A stretch of DNA of 64,000 nucleotides, taken from IMG/VR virus record IMGVR_UViG_3300028025_000089. One strand, written 5' to 3'. Source of the DNA: a virus (taxonomy: Duplodnaviria; Caudoviricetes). Made by a program: the position numbers and the translations under genes. Position 1 is the stretch's first letter. Every line of letters starts with the position of its first letter. Below are positions 15,037 through 25,312 of this stretch, in pieces. Below the pieces are notes generated by a model. That model searched no databases. It was not told the origin of the DNA and saw only the letters and a list, made by a program, of their open reading frames with translations.

Positions 15037-15801
15037 ATGGATACTTCAGATATTTTAAAAAGTTTCGAATCTCAAGATGAACTAAACCCAAAGATTTGGT
15101 ATCTACCAAATGAAAAATACATGGGTGATCCTGAAGGTCAAAAAATGAAAATGAGACCTGAAGTTAGAGAAAAACTTTTGGAAACAGCAAATATCTTCAT
15201 TGACTTTTTAGGTGTTGACGTAATAGTCACAGATATTATTATGATCGGTTCTTTAGTTAATTATAACTGGTCAAAATTTTCTGATATTGATTTACACATC
15301 GTGGTTAACTTTAATCAATTCCCTGAAAATAGTAGGGATTTATACCTTGAATTTTTTGATTTGAAAAAAGTAATCTTTAATCAAAGACACAATATTAAAA
15401 TGTTTGGGTATGATGTTGAATGTTTTGTCCAAAGAGAAGACGAGACAACTTTTAGTAGTGGTATTTATTCTATTCTTTATGATATGTGGATGAATGAACC
15501 TAAAAAAACAAGTAAAGAAACTCTTGATAAAGAACTAATAAAAGAAAGGGCTAAACAATGGATGAGAATTATTGATGGTGTTGTTGATAACATCGAAGAT
15601 GAGGATCCTGAAGAAATTAAAAGTATTGTAAAAAAATACAAAGAAAAATTAAAAAACTTCAGAAACTGTGGTTTAGAGAAAGGTGGTGAAATGTCGATAG
15701 AAAATTTGGTATTCAAATTACTAAGAAGAAACGGATATGTTGAAAAATTGTATGAATTACCGACCGAAATTATCGATAAAAAACTATCCATGAAACAATA
15801 A
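15037..15801 (+). CDS. Pol-beta-superfamily nucleotidyltransferase
   Basis: GSLVNYNWSKFSDIDLHI (GS...DxD) plus a downstream YDVE acidic residue. Confidence 0.75.
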   Translation: MDTSDILKSFESQDELNPKIWYLPNEKYMGDPEGQKMKMRPEVREKLLETANIFIDFLGVDVIVTDIIMIGSLVNYNWSKFSDIDLHIVVNFNQFPENSRDLYLEFFDLKKVIFNQRHNIKMFGYDVECFVQREDETTFSSGIYSILYDMWMNEPKKTSKETLDKELIKERAKQWMRIIDGVVDNIEDEDPEEIKSIVKKYKEKLKNFRNCGLEKGGEMSIENLVFKLLRRNGYVEKLYELPTEIIDKKLSMKQ

Positions 15802-15877
15802 AAAAACATTAATTGAAATAATTATATTTATCGGTATATTTATTAAGAAAAAATAACTCACATTAAATAAATAAAAT

Positions 15878-17326
15878 ATGGCAGGATTTAGACCTATCGG
15901 AAGTGAGAAACTTCAAGGAATGGATAAAATTAGACGAATAATGGAAATTGCTCGTTATAATGAAAATATTCCACAAAACGTTAATGAAACACAATCAAGC
16001 GAATATAAAATTGGTTTGGCCGATGGTAATACCTATGAAATCGTTAAAGAAAGACAAGGTTATATTGTTAAAAAAACACTTAACGAATCTGAAACGGAGT
16101 ATATCGAGCCGATGAAACAAAGAAAATATTATTCTTCATATTCTCAGGCATTAAAAAGATTGAATTTGATGACAAAAGAAATCAACACTCTTTTTGAAAA
16201 TGAGGAAGGAACTCCACTTTTAGGGGAGCAAAAAAAAAAGTTCATACTAAAAAGTAAGAAACCTAAAACTGAAGAACCTGCGGCGGCAACACCTGAACCG
16301 GCACCAGCACCCGCACCTGAACCAGCACCCGCACCTGAACCAGCACCCGCAGAAGCACCTATGCCTGATATGGGTGAAACACCGGCTCCTGATATGGGAG
16401 GTGCTCCTATAGAAGAACCACCAATGCCAGAAATGGGTGGTGGTGCTATGGAAGAACCACCAATGCCGGATATGGGGGGTGAAGAAGAAATGCCACCAAT
16501 GCCAGAAATGGGATCTGAAGAGGAAGAAGTTGACATTGATGTAGAAAAAAAACCAAAAGAAAAGAAAGTTTCGGATTTAAAAAGAATTCAAATTCTTACT
16601 GGAAAATTAGCTCAAAAAATTAGATCTTACGAAGAAGAAAAAGAATTAGATCCAAAAGATATTAAATACATTATTAACTCTATTTTATCGGCAATTGATG
16701 TTGATGTTTTAGATGAAGATGATATCGAACAAATTATCAATAAATTAGAAGGTGTTGAAGACGAAGAAGGTGGTAGTGAAGAAGAGGAAGTGTCTTTTGA
16801 AGAAAAATCTGACGAAGATGAAGTTGCTCCTGAACCACCACAAGAACCTGAAATGGCCGAAGGATATGATGATTTTAGCACCGCATTCAAAGACTATATG
16901 GGAGGTGCTTTGGCATCAGGTATGTCAAAAAAATTAAGACATGAAGAAGAAGATTTTGATATGGATGATGAATACCATAGAGAAAGAAGAAAAGGTAGAA
17001 AACACTATCCTAATGTTGATAGATTTGAACATGGAACTTTTAGTGAATCGGCGGTAGATAGAGTATTATCAAAATATTTTATAAACGAAGAAACTCAAAT
17101 TAACAGATACGAAGAATCTAAAACAAAAAAAACCAACTTAAATTACAATCAAAATAAACAAAATGTTATTAGATTGTCTGAATCATCAAATCAATTGGAT
17201 GTGGCTTTAGAATATATTAAAGAAAACCCAAGAACAAAATTAATGGGTTTATCAACAAGAGGAAATTTAATTTTTAAAGAAGGTATTAACGAAACTAAAA
17301 TTACTAAAAGTGGTGAGATCATATGA
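15878..17326 (+). CDS. Pro/Glu-rich low-complexity head-associated protein
   Basis: 482 aa; PEPAPA and PPMPEMG repeats; lies just upstream of the head module. Confidence 0.7.
   Translation: MAGFRPIGSEKLQGMDKIRRIMEIARYNENIPQNVNETQSSEYKIGLADGNTYEIVKERQGYIVKKTLNESETEYIEPMKQRKYYSSYSQALKRLNLMTKEINTLFENEEGTPLLGEQKKKFILKSKKPKTEEPAAATPEPAPAPAPEPAPAPEPAPAEAPMPDMGETPAPDMGGAPIEEPPMPEMGGGAMEEPPMPDMGGEEEMPPMPEMGSEEEEVDIDVEKKPKEKKVSDLKRIQILTGKLAQKIRSYEEEKELDPKDIKYIINSILSAIDVDVLDEDDIEQIINKLEGVEDEEGGSEEEEVSFEEKSDEDEVAPEPPQEPEMAEGYDDFSTAFKDYMGGALASGMSKKLRHEEEDFDMDDEYHRERRKGRKHYPNVDRFEHGTFSESAVDRVLSKYFINEETQINRYEESKTKKTNLNYNQNKQNVIRLSESSNQLDVALEYIKENPRTKLMGLSTRGNLIFKEGINETKITKSGEII
16292..16351 (+). repeat. 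in-frame 18-bp tandem repeat (PEPAPA)
   Basis: CCTGAACCAGCACCCGCA-type units, about 3 copies. Confidence 0.85.
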
Positions 17327-17730
17327 ATCGATTGATTTATATTAACGGATTGGGACCTAACTATAAAGGTGATAACATTTATGAATTTATTTTTTCAGAT
17401 ACTTTAGAAGTATTTGGTGAAAATTGGGAATCAAAACCAGCCAATGGTTATCCATCGCCACCTGATTTAGAATATATTAAAAAGGTGGGAACATTAATTA
17501 ACGAAGAGGTGAGTTTTGACTTGGTTCAAAATTCAGATGTGTTTTCTTTAATTGATTCTATGGATGGAGTTATTGCGATGGGTTGGGAGGTTGAAACCGA
17601 TAACATTGATTTCTCGTTAGTAAAACGTTTAGTTTTTCATTTTGGGGAATCTGAAGAAGAAGTAAAAAACAAACTATATGAAAGAGATATAGTATTAGAA
17701 TTTGAAAAAAAAGTAGTTTATGAAAACTAA
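17323..17730 (+). CDS. conserved hypothetical protein
   Basis: 135 aa, ATGA-coupled to the upstream gene. Confidence 0.7.
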   Translation: MNRLIYINGLGPNYKGDNIYEFIFSDTLEVFGENWESKPANGYPSPPDLEYIKKVGTLINEEVSFDLVQNSDVFSLIDSMDGVIAMGWEVETDNIDFSLVKRLVFHFGESEEEVKNKLYERDIVLEFEKKVVYEN

Positions 17731-18574
17731 AAAAAATATTTTATTTTTAATTGAGAATGGTTTGTCTTCAAATACAATTAGTTCATTGTCCAACAATCAA
17801 TTTAGACTATTAGTCGAAAAATTTAAAAAATATAAAAAAGAAGAATCAAAGGAGGAGTGGCAAAAAAATGTAAGCCAAGAAGTTACATACACCGCACCAG
17901 TTTCAGATGCTGCAAAAGGTTTGGCGGTTCCTCCCTCAACAGATCCTAAAAAAAGAACTATGGTTTCTATTGAAGGTGGTAATTTAAAAGTGACACAGGC
18001 AGAAAGTGAAATGACTGAAGATGCTGATGTTGACACTTTGTTAAACCCTGATGAATTTGGTGGTAATGAACCTGTGAATTATAAAAACCCTGAAGATTAT
18101 GGAACCGATAATAGTGTTGATCCGGATGGGTCTTTAGATGGTATGCCACAAACGGAAGGTGAAATTAAAGAAAAATTCGAATCTAAAGCACAACAAGGTT
18201 TATTTTGGGCTCGTTGTAATAAGTGTTCTTCTAAAAACTGTAAATGGTGTAAAATGGCAAAAGAGTTTTCAGACTCTACATCAGAAAAACAATACAAAAA
18301 AATGCCAGAAAAAAAACACCCCGAAAAAACTGTGAAATACAAAAAAAAGGAAACTAAAGAAAATTTACAAAAATTTTTAGAAGAAAAAATTTCCCAAATT
18401 GTAGATGAAAACATAGACGCAAAAATGTCAAAAAAAGATTTAATCGAAACATTAAAGAAAAAATCTAAGTCTATGATAATTCGTAGACCAAAAAAAATGA
18501 CTATGTTTTCAGATGAGGCTCCTATGGAATTACCAATCGGAAAATTATATTCAATAGGGAAAACATCAAAATAA
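17720..18574 (+). CDS. hypothetical head-associated protein
   Basis: 284 aa; FESKAQQGLFWA motif and a CxxC-like Cys cluster. Confidence 0.7.
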   Translation: MKTKKNILFLIENGLSSNTISSLSNNQFRLLVEKFKKYKKEESKEEWQKNVSQEVTYTAPVSDAAKGLAVPPSTDPKKRTMVSIEGGNLKVTQAESEMTEDADVDTLLNPDEFGGNEPVNYKNPEDYGTDNSVDPDGSLDGMPQTEGEIKEKFESKAQQGLFWARCNKCSSKNCKWCKMAKEFSDSTSEKQYKKMPEKKHPEKTVKYKKKETKENLQKFLEEKISQIVDENIDAKMSKKDLIETLKKKSKSMIIRRPKKMTMFSDEAPMELPIGKLYSIGKTSK

Positions 18575-18594
18575 TAATAAAAAACCCAAATTGA

Positions 18595-18602
18595 TATTTA
18601 TA
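18595..18602 (+). promoter_or_regulatory. putative late-promoter motif TATTTAT(A/T)
   Basis: The same octamer lies shortly upstream of start codons at 2405, 4250, 4500, 5641, 6423, 8857, 11070, 14750, 15837, 20784, 22624, 23082, 24556, 25625, 29408, 55529, 61739, 62029 (+ strand) and 8280, 24026, 32467, 33962, 38072, 55508 (- strand). Confidence 0.7.
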
Positions 18603-18606
18603 ATAA

Positions 18607-20385
18607 ATGGGTTTATCTAAAGAACAAGTTTTAATTGAATATGCTAAGTGTATGAGTGATACTCCATACGCACTTAGAACGTATTTACAAACATACGATA
18701 ATACGGTGTCTAAATACGTGCCGTTAGAATTGTTTCCTGATCAAATTTCTCTTTTAAAAGATTATGAAGATTACGAAGAAAATATCGCATTAAAATATAG
18801 ACAGGCTGGAGTTTCTACCGTAACAGCGGCTTGGATTTCAAAAAGATTAGTTTTTGCTAAAAAAACTCAACCTGAAAAAATTCTAATAATTGCCAACAAA
18901 CTTGATACATCAATGGAGATGGCAAATAAGATTAGAGCCTTTGTTGATCAATGGCCTGGTTGGGTTGGTGCTGGATTTGCAGCAGAAAAAAACTCACAGA
19001 GACACTACAAATTAAATAATGGATCTGAGGTTAAGGCGGTTGCAACATCAAAAGATGCACTTCGTGGATTTACCCCCACGATTCTTGTATTTGATGAGGC
19101 GGCGTTTATCGAGGCCGATAGTGATTTCTGGGCTGCTTGTATGGCGTCCTTATCCACAGGGGGTAAGGTAATTGTAGTTTCTACACCAAACGGATACGAT
19201 CCAATTTATTATGAAATATACGATCAGTCATTAAAAGGGATGAATAACTTTAAAATCTCTGAAATGTATTGGTATAGAGATCCAAGATACGCAAAAGATC
19301 TTTATTTAGTCCCAACTGACGATTTAATTCATTATTTACTTAATATTGATGATTTTGACACTTCAAAAAATATATCTTTCGCACATGTAGATCCATATAG
19401 TAGAGATTATCAAGAGTTACAACATTTCTTTAATCAGGGATACAAACCATGCTCATCTTGGTATGAAAAAATGGTTAAAAAACTTAAATATGATAAAAGA
19501 AAAATTAACCAAGAGTTAAATTGTGAATTTTTAGGTTCAGGTGACAACGTATTTGATAATAAACAATTAGAAGATATTAAAAATAATTCATTACAAGATC
19601 CTCCATCTAAATTAATGGGTAACTCTCTTTGGATATGGAAAGAACCTATTGAGGGTCATAAATACATTATGGGTGTCGATGTATCAAGAGGAGATAGTGA
19701 AGACTTTTCATCGATTCAGATTATCGATTTTGATGAAAGAGAACAAGTGTTAGAATATGTTGGAAAAATACCACCCGATACTTTGGCGGAAGTTGCTTAT
19801 AAGTGGGGAATGATGTATAATGCATTTGTTGTTGTCGATATCACCGGTGGTATGGGAATTACTACGGTTAGAAAAATGCAAGAACTTGGTTATAAAAGTT
19901 TATATGTTGATGGTGTTGACGCATTTAATCCGTGGTCAACAAACAAAGGATCGGTTGAAAAAATACCAGGATTAAACTTTAATAATAAAAGAGTTCAAAT
20001 TATTGCGGCATTTGAGGAGGCCGTTAGACATAAATTTAAATTAAAAAGTGTTCGTTTATATAACGAAATGAATACTTTTGTATATATTAATGGAAGACCT
20101 GATCATCAAAAAGGACAACATGACGATTTGATTATGGGAATTTCTATGGCAATCTATATTGCCGAAGCATCTTTTTCAAAGTTGGAAAAAGCAACCGAAC
20201 AAGCGAAATCTATGATTGACTCTTGGGCTGTAGTTAATAACGAATCTGTGGGAAAAGAAGCACACTTTAATCCTACAATCCCTAATGATAATATGTTAAG
20301 GGAAAGGGCAGGATTACAAAATAACGGTCCAACCAGAAATGATTATCAAACATATGGTTGGTTATTTGGAGGATTAATCAAATAA
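18607..20385 (+). CDS. terminase large subunit (T4 gp17-like)
   Basis: KYRQAGVST Walker A; ILVFDEAAF Walker B; STPNG; nuclease motifs MGVDVSRG and HDDL. Confidence 0.95.
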   Translation: MGLSKEQVLIEYAKCMSDTPYALRTYLQTYDNTVSKYVPLELFPDQISLLKDYEDYEENIALKYRQAGVSTVTAAWISKRLVFAKKTQPEKILIIANKLDTSMEMANKIRAFVDQWPGWVGAGFAAEKNSQRHYKLNNGSEVKAVATSKDALRGFTPTILVFDEAAFIEADSDFWAACMASLSTGGKVIVVSTPNGYDPIYYEIYDQSLKGMNNFKISEMYWYRDPRYAKDLYLVPTDDLIHYLLNIDDFDTSKNISFAHVDPYSRDYQELQHFFNQGYKPCSSWYEKMVKKLKYDKRKINQELNCEFLGSGDNVFDNKQLEDIKNNSLQDPPSKLMGNSLWIWKEPIEGHKYIMGVDVSRGDSEDFSSIQIIDFDEREQVLEYVGKIPPDTLAEVAYKWGMMYNAFVVVDITGGMGITTVRKMQELGYKSLYVDGVDAFNPWSTNKGSVEKIPGLNFNNKRVQIIAAFEEAVRHKFKLKSVRLYNEMNTFVYINGRPDHQKGQHDDLIMGISMAIYIAEASFSKLEKATEQAKSMIDSWAVVNNESVGKEAHFNPTIPNDNMLRERAGLQNNGPTRNDYQTYGWLFGGLIK

Positions 20386-20387
20386 CG

Positions 20388-20759
20388 ATGGGTTTAGATT
20401 TTAGAAAAAGGTCAGGAAGAATTGCAAATGGTTCGAGATTAATTGTCGAAGGTCAACAAACTATTGGTCAAAAAGTTTTTCCAAATACCTTTTCTATGAA
20501 AAGTAGACCTGCAGAGCCTACTATTGATTCAATTCCCGCATCACCAACCCCAACTCCAAGTGTAACCCCAACAATAACACCATCAGTAACACCAACAGTA
20601 ACACCAACAATAACACCAACAATAACACCAACCAATACTGGAACCCCAACTCCTACACCTACACCAAGTTCTACATCTACACCGGAGTTATTAGATGCAA
20701 TTATTGTAGGTGTCAATACCTACATATCTGTTAATACAAATGAATACTTAATGTATTAG
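20388..20759 (+). CDS. small protein with a Pro/Thr-rich (TP)n tract
   Basis: Likely start is the ATG at 20388; TPTPSVTPTITP repeats. Confidence 0.7.
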   Translation: MGLDFRKRSGRIANGSRLIVEGQQTIGQKVFPNTFSMKSRPAEPTIDSIPASPTPTPSVTPTITPSVTPTVTPTITPTITPTNTGTPTPTPTPSSTSTPELLDAIIVGVNTYISVNTNEYLMY

Positions 20760-20811
20760 TTGTGCCATAATTAACTATTGAAATATTTATTTCTATAGTT
20801 AAATTATTAAT

Positions 20812-22623
20812 ATGGAAAATAATAATCAAAATCTGACGGTTTGGCAAAGGTTATCCAAGACATTTGGGCCCGATTCAACATTAGGTCAAGGACAACCAGA
20901 TTACAAGTTAGATAAAAAAGAACTTTTAAAAACTCAAGACAAGGCCGAATACGAAAGAGCCAAGTTACAAAATCAACAATCGTTATATCTTAGCACCAAT
21001 TGGGCTAAAGTTGAGAATAATCTATATACACAGGCGGTTTATTATGAACCAACAAGATTGGCCGCGTTTTATGATTATGAATCTATGGAATATACTCCTG
21101 AGATCTCAACGGCTTTGGACATCTACGCTGAGGAATCAACAACTCCTGATGCCAATGGTTATATATTACAGGTTTATTCAGAGTCAAAAAGAATTAAAAG
21201 TATATTAGTTGATTTATTTGTTAATGTATTAGATATTAATACCAACTTACCAATGTGGATTAGAAACATGTGTAAGTATGGTGATAATTTTGTTTATTTA
21301 AAATTAGACCACGAAAAAGGAGTTACTGGTTGTTTACAACTACCAAATATTGAAATTGAAAGACTTGAAAGGGGTGTTGATTCTAAAACTTATAGTGCGA
21401 CTATCAACATCAATAGAAAAGCTTTAAAGTTTGCATGGAAAGCAAGAGATGCAGAATTCAACACTTGGGAGGTTGCACACTTTAGATTATTGGGTGATGA
21501 TAGAAAACTTCCTTATGGAACCTCAATGTTAGAAAAAGCTCGTCGTATTTGGAAACAATTAGTTTTGGCTGAAGATGCGATGTTAATCTATAGAACATCA
21601 AGAGCCCCTGAAAGAAGGGTATTTAAAGTATTTGTTGGAAACATGGATGACAAAGATGTTGAAGCTTACGTTCAAAGGGTTGCCAACAAATTCAAAAGAG
21701 ATCAAGTTGTTGATAGAAAAACAGGAAATGTTGATTTAAGATTTAATCAAATGGCCGTGGATCAAGATTACTTTATTCCTGTTCGTGATGCCACACAGGG
21801 TAGTCCTATTGATACTTTACCTGGTGGAACAAATTTATCTGAAATTGCGGATATTGAATATATCCAAAAGAAACTTGTTACAGCACTTCGTATTCCTAAA
21901 GCATATTTAGGATTTGAAGAACCTGTAGGTGATGGTAAAAACTTGTCATTATTAGATATTCGTTTTGCAAGAACAATCAATAGAATTCAAAAATCAGCAT
22001 TGGCTGAGTTAAATAAAATTGCAATTATTCACTTATTTTTGATGGGGTTTGAAGACGAGTTGTCAAACTTTACTTTACAACTTACAAATCCTTCTAAACA
22101 AGCAGATCTTTTAATGATTGATGTTTGGAAAGAAAAAGTTACTCTGTATAAAGATATGGTTGGTGAAATTGCCAAATCAATTCAACCAACATCTGCAACA
22201 TGGGCTAAAAAACATATCTTTGGGTTCTCTGATGATGAAATCAAATTGGAACTTCAACAAATTAGAATGGAAAGAGCGGTTTCTGCTGAGTTAGATAATA
22301 CTGCAACAATCATTACAAGCACAGGAATATTTAACACCGTAGATAAGTTATATAAACCTGTTACAGGATCTACCGCAGGTGCAGGGGCACCTCCAGCAGA
22401 AGGAGGATCACCGGCAGAAGGAGGAGCACCACCTCCACCTCCAGGACCTGAAGCGGGTGGAGCACCACCAATTCCTGAATCTTCAGATAGAAAAGAAAAA
22501 AATAAATTAATATTAGAATCATTAAATGATGATTTTGACGAAGATGAATTTTTGGACTTTCAAAAAGTTAATGGATCTTTAGGGTTAATGGAAGATGAGT
22601 TAAATAAACTTCTTGGTGACTAA
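20812..22623 (+). CDS. portal protein (T4 gp20-like)
   Basis: YGTSMLEKARRIWKQL.L.EDAM.IYR..RAPERRVFKV.VGN and EDYF-like DQDYFIP motifs. Confidence 0.95.
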   Translation: MENNNQNLTVWQRLSKTFGPDSTLGQGQPDYKLDKKELLKTQDKAEYERAKLQNQQSLYLSTNWAKVENNLYTQAVYYEPTRLAAFYDYESMEYTPEISTALDIYAEESTTPDANGYILQVYSESKRIKSILVDLFVNVLDINTNLPMWIRNMCKYGDNFVYLKLDHEKGVTGCLQLPNIEIERLERGVDSKTYSATININRKALKFAWKARDAEFNTWEVAHFRLLGDDRKLPYGTSMLEKARRIWKQLVLAEDAMLIYRTSRAPERRVFKVFVGNMDDKDVEAYVQRVANKFKRDQVVDRKTGNVDLRFNQMAVDQDYFIPVRDATQGSPIDTLPGGTNLSEIADIEYIQKKLVTALRIPKAYLGFEEPVGDGKNLSLLDIRFARTINRIQKSALAELNKIAIIHLFLMGFEDELSNFTLQLTNPSKQADLLMIDVWKEKVTLYKDMVGEIAKSIQPTSATWAKKHIFGFSDDEIKLELQQIRMERAVSAELDNTATIITSTGIFNTVDKLYKPVTGSTAGAGAPPAEGGSPAEGGAPPPPPGPEAGGAPPIPESSDRKEKNKLILESLNDDFDEDEFLDFQKVNGSLGLMEDELNKLLGD

Positions 22624-22634
22624 TATTTATTAAC

Positions 22635-23081
22635 ATGAGTAAATTAGAAAAACTACCACAAAAAAATTTAAAGTTTATTCTAAAAAGAATGAATGAAAGT
22701 CTCGATAAGACAAGTTTGATTTCACATCATAACCAAAAAGTTATAAAAGAAATTTTTGATGATATTGGAATGGTGGTTAGAGGTCAAGATATTGATTTTA
22801 TTTTCGCTCTTTATAGAGAAAATCCAAATTTTTTAATAGAAGAACTTAAATTACCAACATTACACGAATACGAAATTATCACAAAAAGATATGCTACTAT
22901 TAGTATTAGAGAATATTGGAAAAATACTCATGAAACTTATTTAGATGACGAGGATGATGTTGATGATTTTATCTCTTGGTTTGGTGGTGGCGATTGGTGG
23001 GATGGTGAAATGATTGACCGAGAAGAATTTGATGAAGAAACTGCTGAAACGGAAATAGATGAAATAAACAAACTTAGTTGA
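22635..23081 (+). CDS. acidic hypothetical protein
   Basis: 148 aa; late motif at 22624. Confidence 0.7.
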   Translation: MSKLEKLPQKNLKFILKRMNESLDKTSLISHHNQKVIKEIFDDIGMVVRGQDIDFIFALYRENPNFLIEELKLPTLHEYEIITKRYATISIREYWKNTHETYLDDEDDVDDFISWFGGGDWWDGEMIDREEFDEETAETEIDEINKLS

Positions 23082-23103
23082 TATTTATTATAAAACAAAA
23101 AAA

Positions 23104-23820
23104 ATGAAAGTCGGAGAATTAAAATCAAAAATAGAAAATCAACTAGTTGAGTCATACAAAAAAAATTCATTTAAAGAAAATATTTTTATTTTTGAAGAAT
23201 TGGTTTTGAAAAATAAAAACATTGCAAAACTTTTTTTCTTATATGATGAGTTGTCAAATAAAAAAGGACTTTCAGAAAATGTTGCAAACGAATTCATAAA
23301 TGAGTCAATCGTGGCTTATGAAAATTTGATCAACAAAGTTAACCCACTACACTTAAGAGAATTAAATGCTTGGGCTGGTCATCAGAAATGTGAAAATAAT
23401 TATGAAAAAATTGATAATTTATTTTCCACAAGTGTTTTGACTCTTGAAAATAAAATTAAAAGTAAAAAAATGATTTTAGAGGAATTAACTCAAAAAGAAA
23501 ATAAAACTAATGAGGTAATAAAAGTTCCATTAAAATCTATGGTTTCTGTGGCAAACAAAACCATATCTAAATTTATTTCTTCTCTAACAGAATCTGAAAG
23601 AAAAGAATTAAAAGTAATTTTAAATACCCCAAAAGAAACTTTGGTTGAAAACTATAACTCTCAAAAAGAAAACGTTATTTCAAAATTGGAAGATCAAAAA
23701 AATAACGAAACCGATTCTGAAACAATTTCAACTATAAATCAAGTGTTAACAAGATTGCAAACAGAATCATTTTCAGAACTGAATTACTATAAGTTAAAAC
23801 AACTTAACGAAGGACTTTAA
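23104..23820 (+). CDS. conserved head-module hypothetical protein
   Basis: 238-aa helical protein between portal and protease; late motif at 23082. Confidence 0.7.
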   Translation: MKVGELKSKIENQLVESYKKNSFKENIFIFEELVLKNKNIAKLFFLYDELSNKKGLSENVANEFINESIVAYENLINKVNPLHLRELNAWAGHQKCENNYEKIDNLFSTSVLTLENKIKSKKMILEELTQKENKTNEVIKVPLKSMVSVANKTISKFISSLTESERKELKVILNTPKETLVENYNSQKENVISKLEDQKNNETDSETISTINQVLTRLQTESFSELNYYKLKQLNEGL

Positions 23821-24005
23821 TTCTTTTTGGATTTTACTTTTTGAATATAGGCGGCCTTTTTGTTTTCCTCCCTTTTTATTACTGAAGGTTTAACAAATTC
23901 TTTTCTCTGAAACAAAACACTATTTTGCTTTGTTTTAATAACTTTTCCTTTAAGGTCTTTTAAAGCCTTTTCAATATTACCTTTTTTTACTTCTACAATT
24001 AACAT
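23817..24005 (-). CDS. rpsU: ribosomal protein bS21
   Basis: MLIVEVKKGNIEKALK.LK.K...RKEFVKPSVIKREE.KKAAYIQK matches the Bacteroidota bS21 pattern. Confidence 0.85.
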   Translation of the reverse strand: MLIVEVKKGNIEKALKDLKGKVIKTKQNSVLFQRKEFVKPSVIKREENKKAAYIQKVKSKKN

Positions 24006-24087
24006 AAGTTTTTTTAGTTTGTTGATATAAATATAATAATTTATTACAATTGTTTAAAAATAAACATTTCGAGTATGAAAAAAATCT

Positions 24088-24555
24088 ATGAAAAAAGGAA
24101 AAACTATCAAATTAAGTGGTTACAGAACGTTCAAATCACACTATGGAACAATTGATTCCACTAATCTAAAATCAATTTTTATAAACATCCAAAGTTGGGT
24201 TGAGCCAAAAGAAGAAGTTGAAAATTGGAATCGAGTTGTTTTAAATATGACAAGATCAATAAAACACACAATTTTAGAAAACATAAACAAAGAAGTTTTT
24301 GACACAAAATTTATCGTAGATTTAGACTTAAGAACAAGTGGAATACAACTTCAAAAAAAATCTTTCATGAATTTAGAAATAAATTTATTTGTTTTAGAAC
24401 CGATGGATTTTAAATCACCAAAATTAAAAAAATACGTCAAGTCCCTAATTAAAGAAGTATATGGTGACGTAATGAATAAAAACAAATACTTCAAATTCTA
24501 CCTTACAAAAAAAGGAAATATCAAACCCATCAAAAAAGAAATCGAAACTAATTAG
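24088..24555 (+). CDS. conserved hypothetical protein
   Basis: 155 aa, divergent from rpsU. Confidence 0.7.
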   Translation: MKKGKTIKLSGYRTFKSHYGTIDSTNLKSIFINIQSWVEPKEEVENWNRVVLNMTRSIKHTILENINKEVFDTKFIVDLDLRTSGIQLQKKSFMNLEINLFVLEPMDFKSPKLKKYVKSLIKEVYGDVMNKNKYFKFYLTKKGNIKPIKKEIETN

Positions 24556-24576
24556 TATTTATAAAGAAAATATTAA

Positions 24577-25305
24577 ATGGACAATTTAAAAATATTAGGA
24601 CCAAGAGATTCAGGTCGTGGAATTCTTGTTGAGTATGATGCGGGTTATATCGATCCGAATGAAAGAAGAAACTTATCTATGATAAGGGAGAATCGTGATA
24701 TGTTAGATCACTCAAAACCTTTTGAGTTTTATGCCGTATTACAAAAATATAACACCCCAAATAGAAACGGAAGAATCTACCCTGAAAAGATTTTAAAAAG
24801 AGAAGCCGAGAATTATAAAAAGATGATTCAAAAAGGAACTGCTCTTTCAGAACTAAACCACCCTGAGTCTTCTCTAATAGACTTAGATCGAGTTTCCCAT
24901 ATGATTACTGATATATGGTGGGAAGGTCCTGTATTGTTAGGTAAATTGAAATTACTAACAAGTCCTGGGTTTCATGAAAGGGGTGTTGTTTCTACTAAAG
25001 GTGATTTAGCTGCAAACTATCTTCGTCAGGGAGTTACTTTAGGTATTTCTTCTCGTGGTGTAGGATCTCTTAAAAAAGTTGGTGAGCAAAACGAAGTTCA
25101 AGATGATTTTGAATTAATTTGTTTTGACCTTGTATCTTCACCATCTACACCAGGAGCATATCTTTTTAAAGAACCAAATGAAAGATTAAACTTTGAAGAA
25201 AATCTTGATGAGGAGAAAAAAATGAATGCTGAACGACATGTTGGTGAATCTGGTTCTAAATCACTTGACTTAATGAAAAGATTATCCGATTATTTGGATA
25301 AATAA
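24577..25305 (+). CDS. prohead core protein protease (T4 gp21-like)
   Basis: NRNGRIYP, SELNHP, VSH, GISSRGVGSL and FDLVSSPSTPGAY motifs. Confidence 0.93.
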   Translation: MDNLKILGPRDSGRGILVEYDAGYIDPNERRNLSMIRENRDMLDHSKPFEFYAVLQKYNTPNRNGRIYPEKILKREAENYKKMIQKGTALSELNHPESSLIDLDRVSHMITDIWWEGPVLLGKLKLLTSPGFHERGVVSTKGDLAANYLRQGVTLGISSRGVGSLKKVGEQNEVQDDFELICFDLVSSPSTPGAYLFKEPNERLNFEENLDEEKKMNAERHVGESGSKSLDLMKRLSDYLDK

Positions 25306-25312
25306 CAAAATT

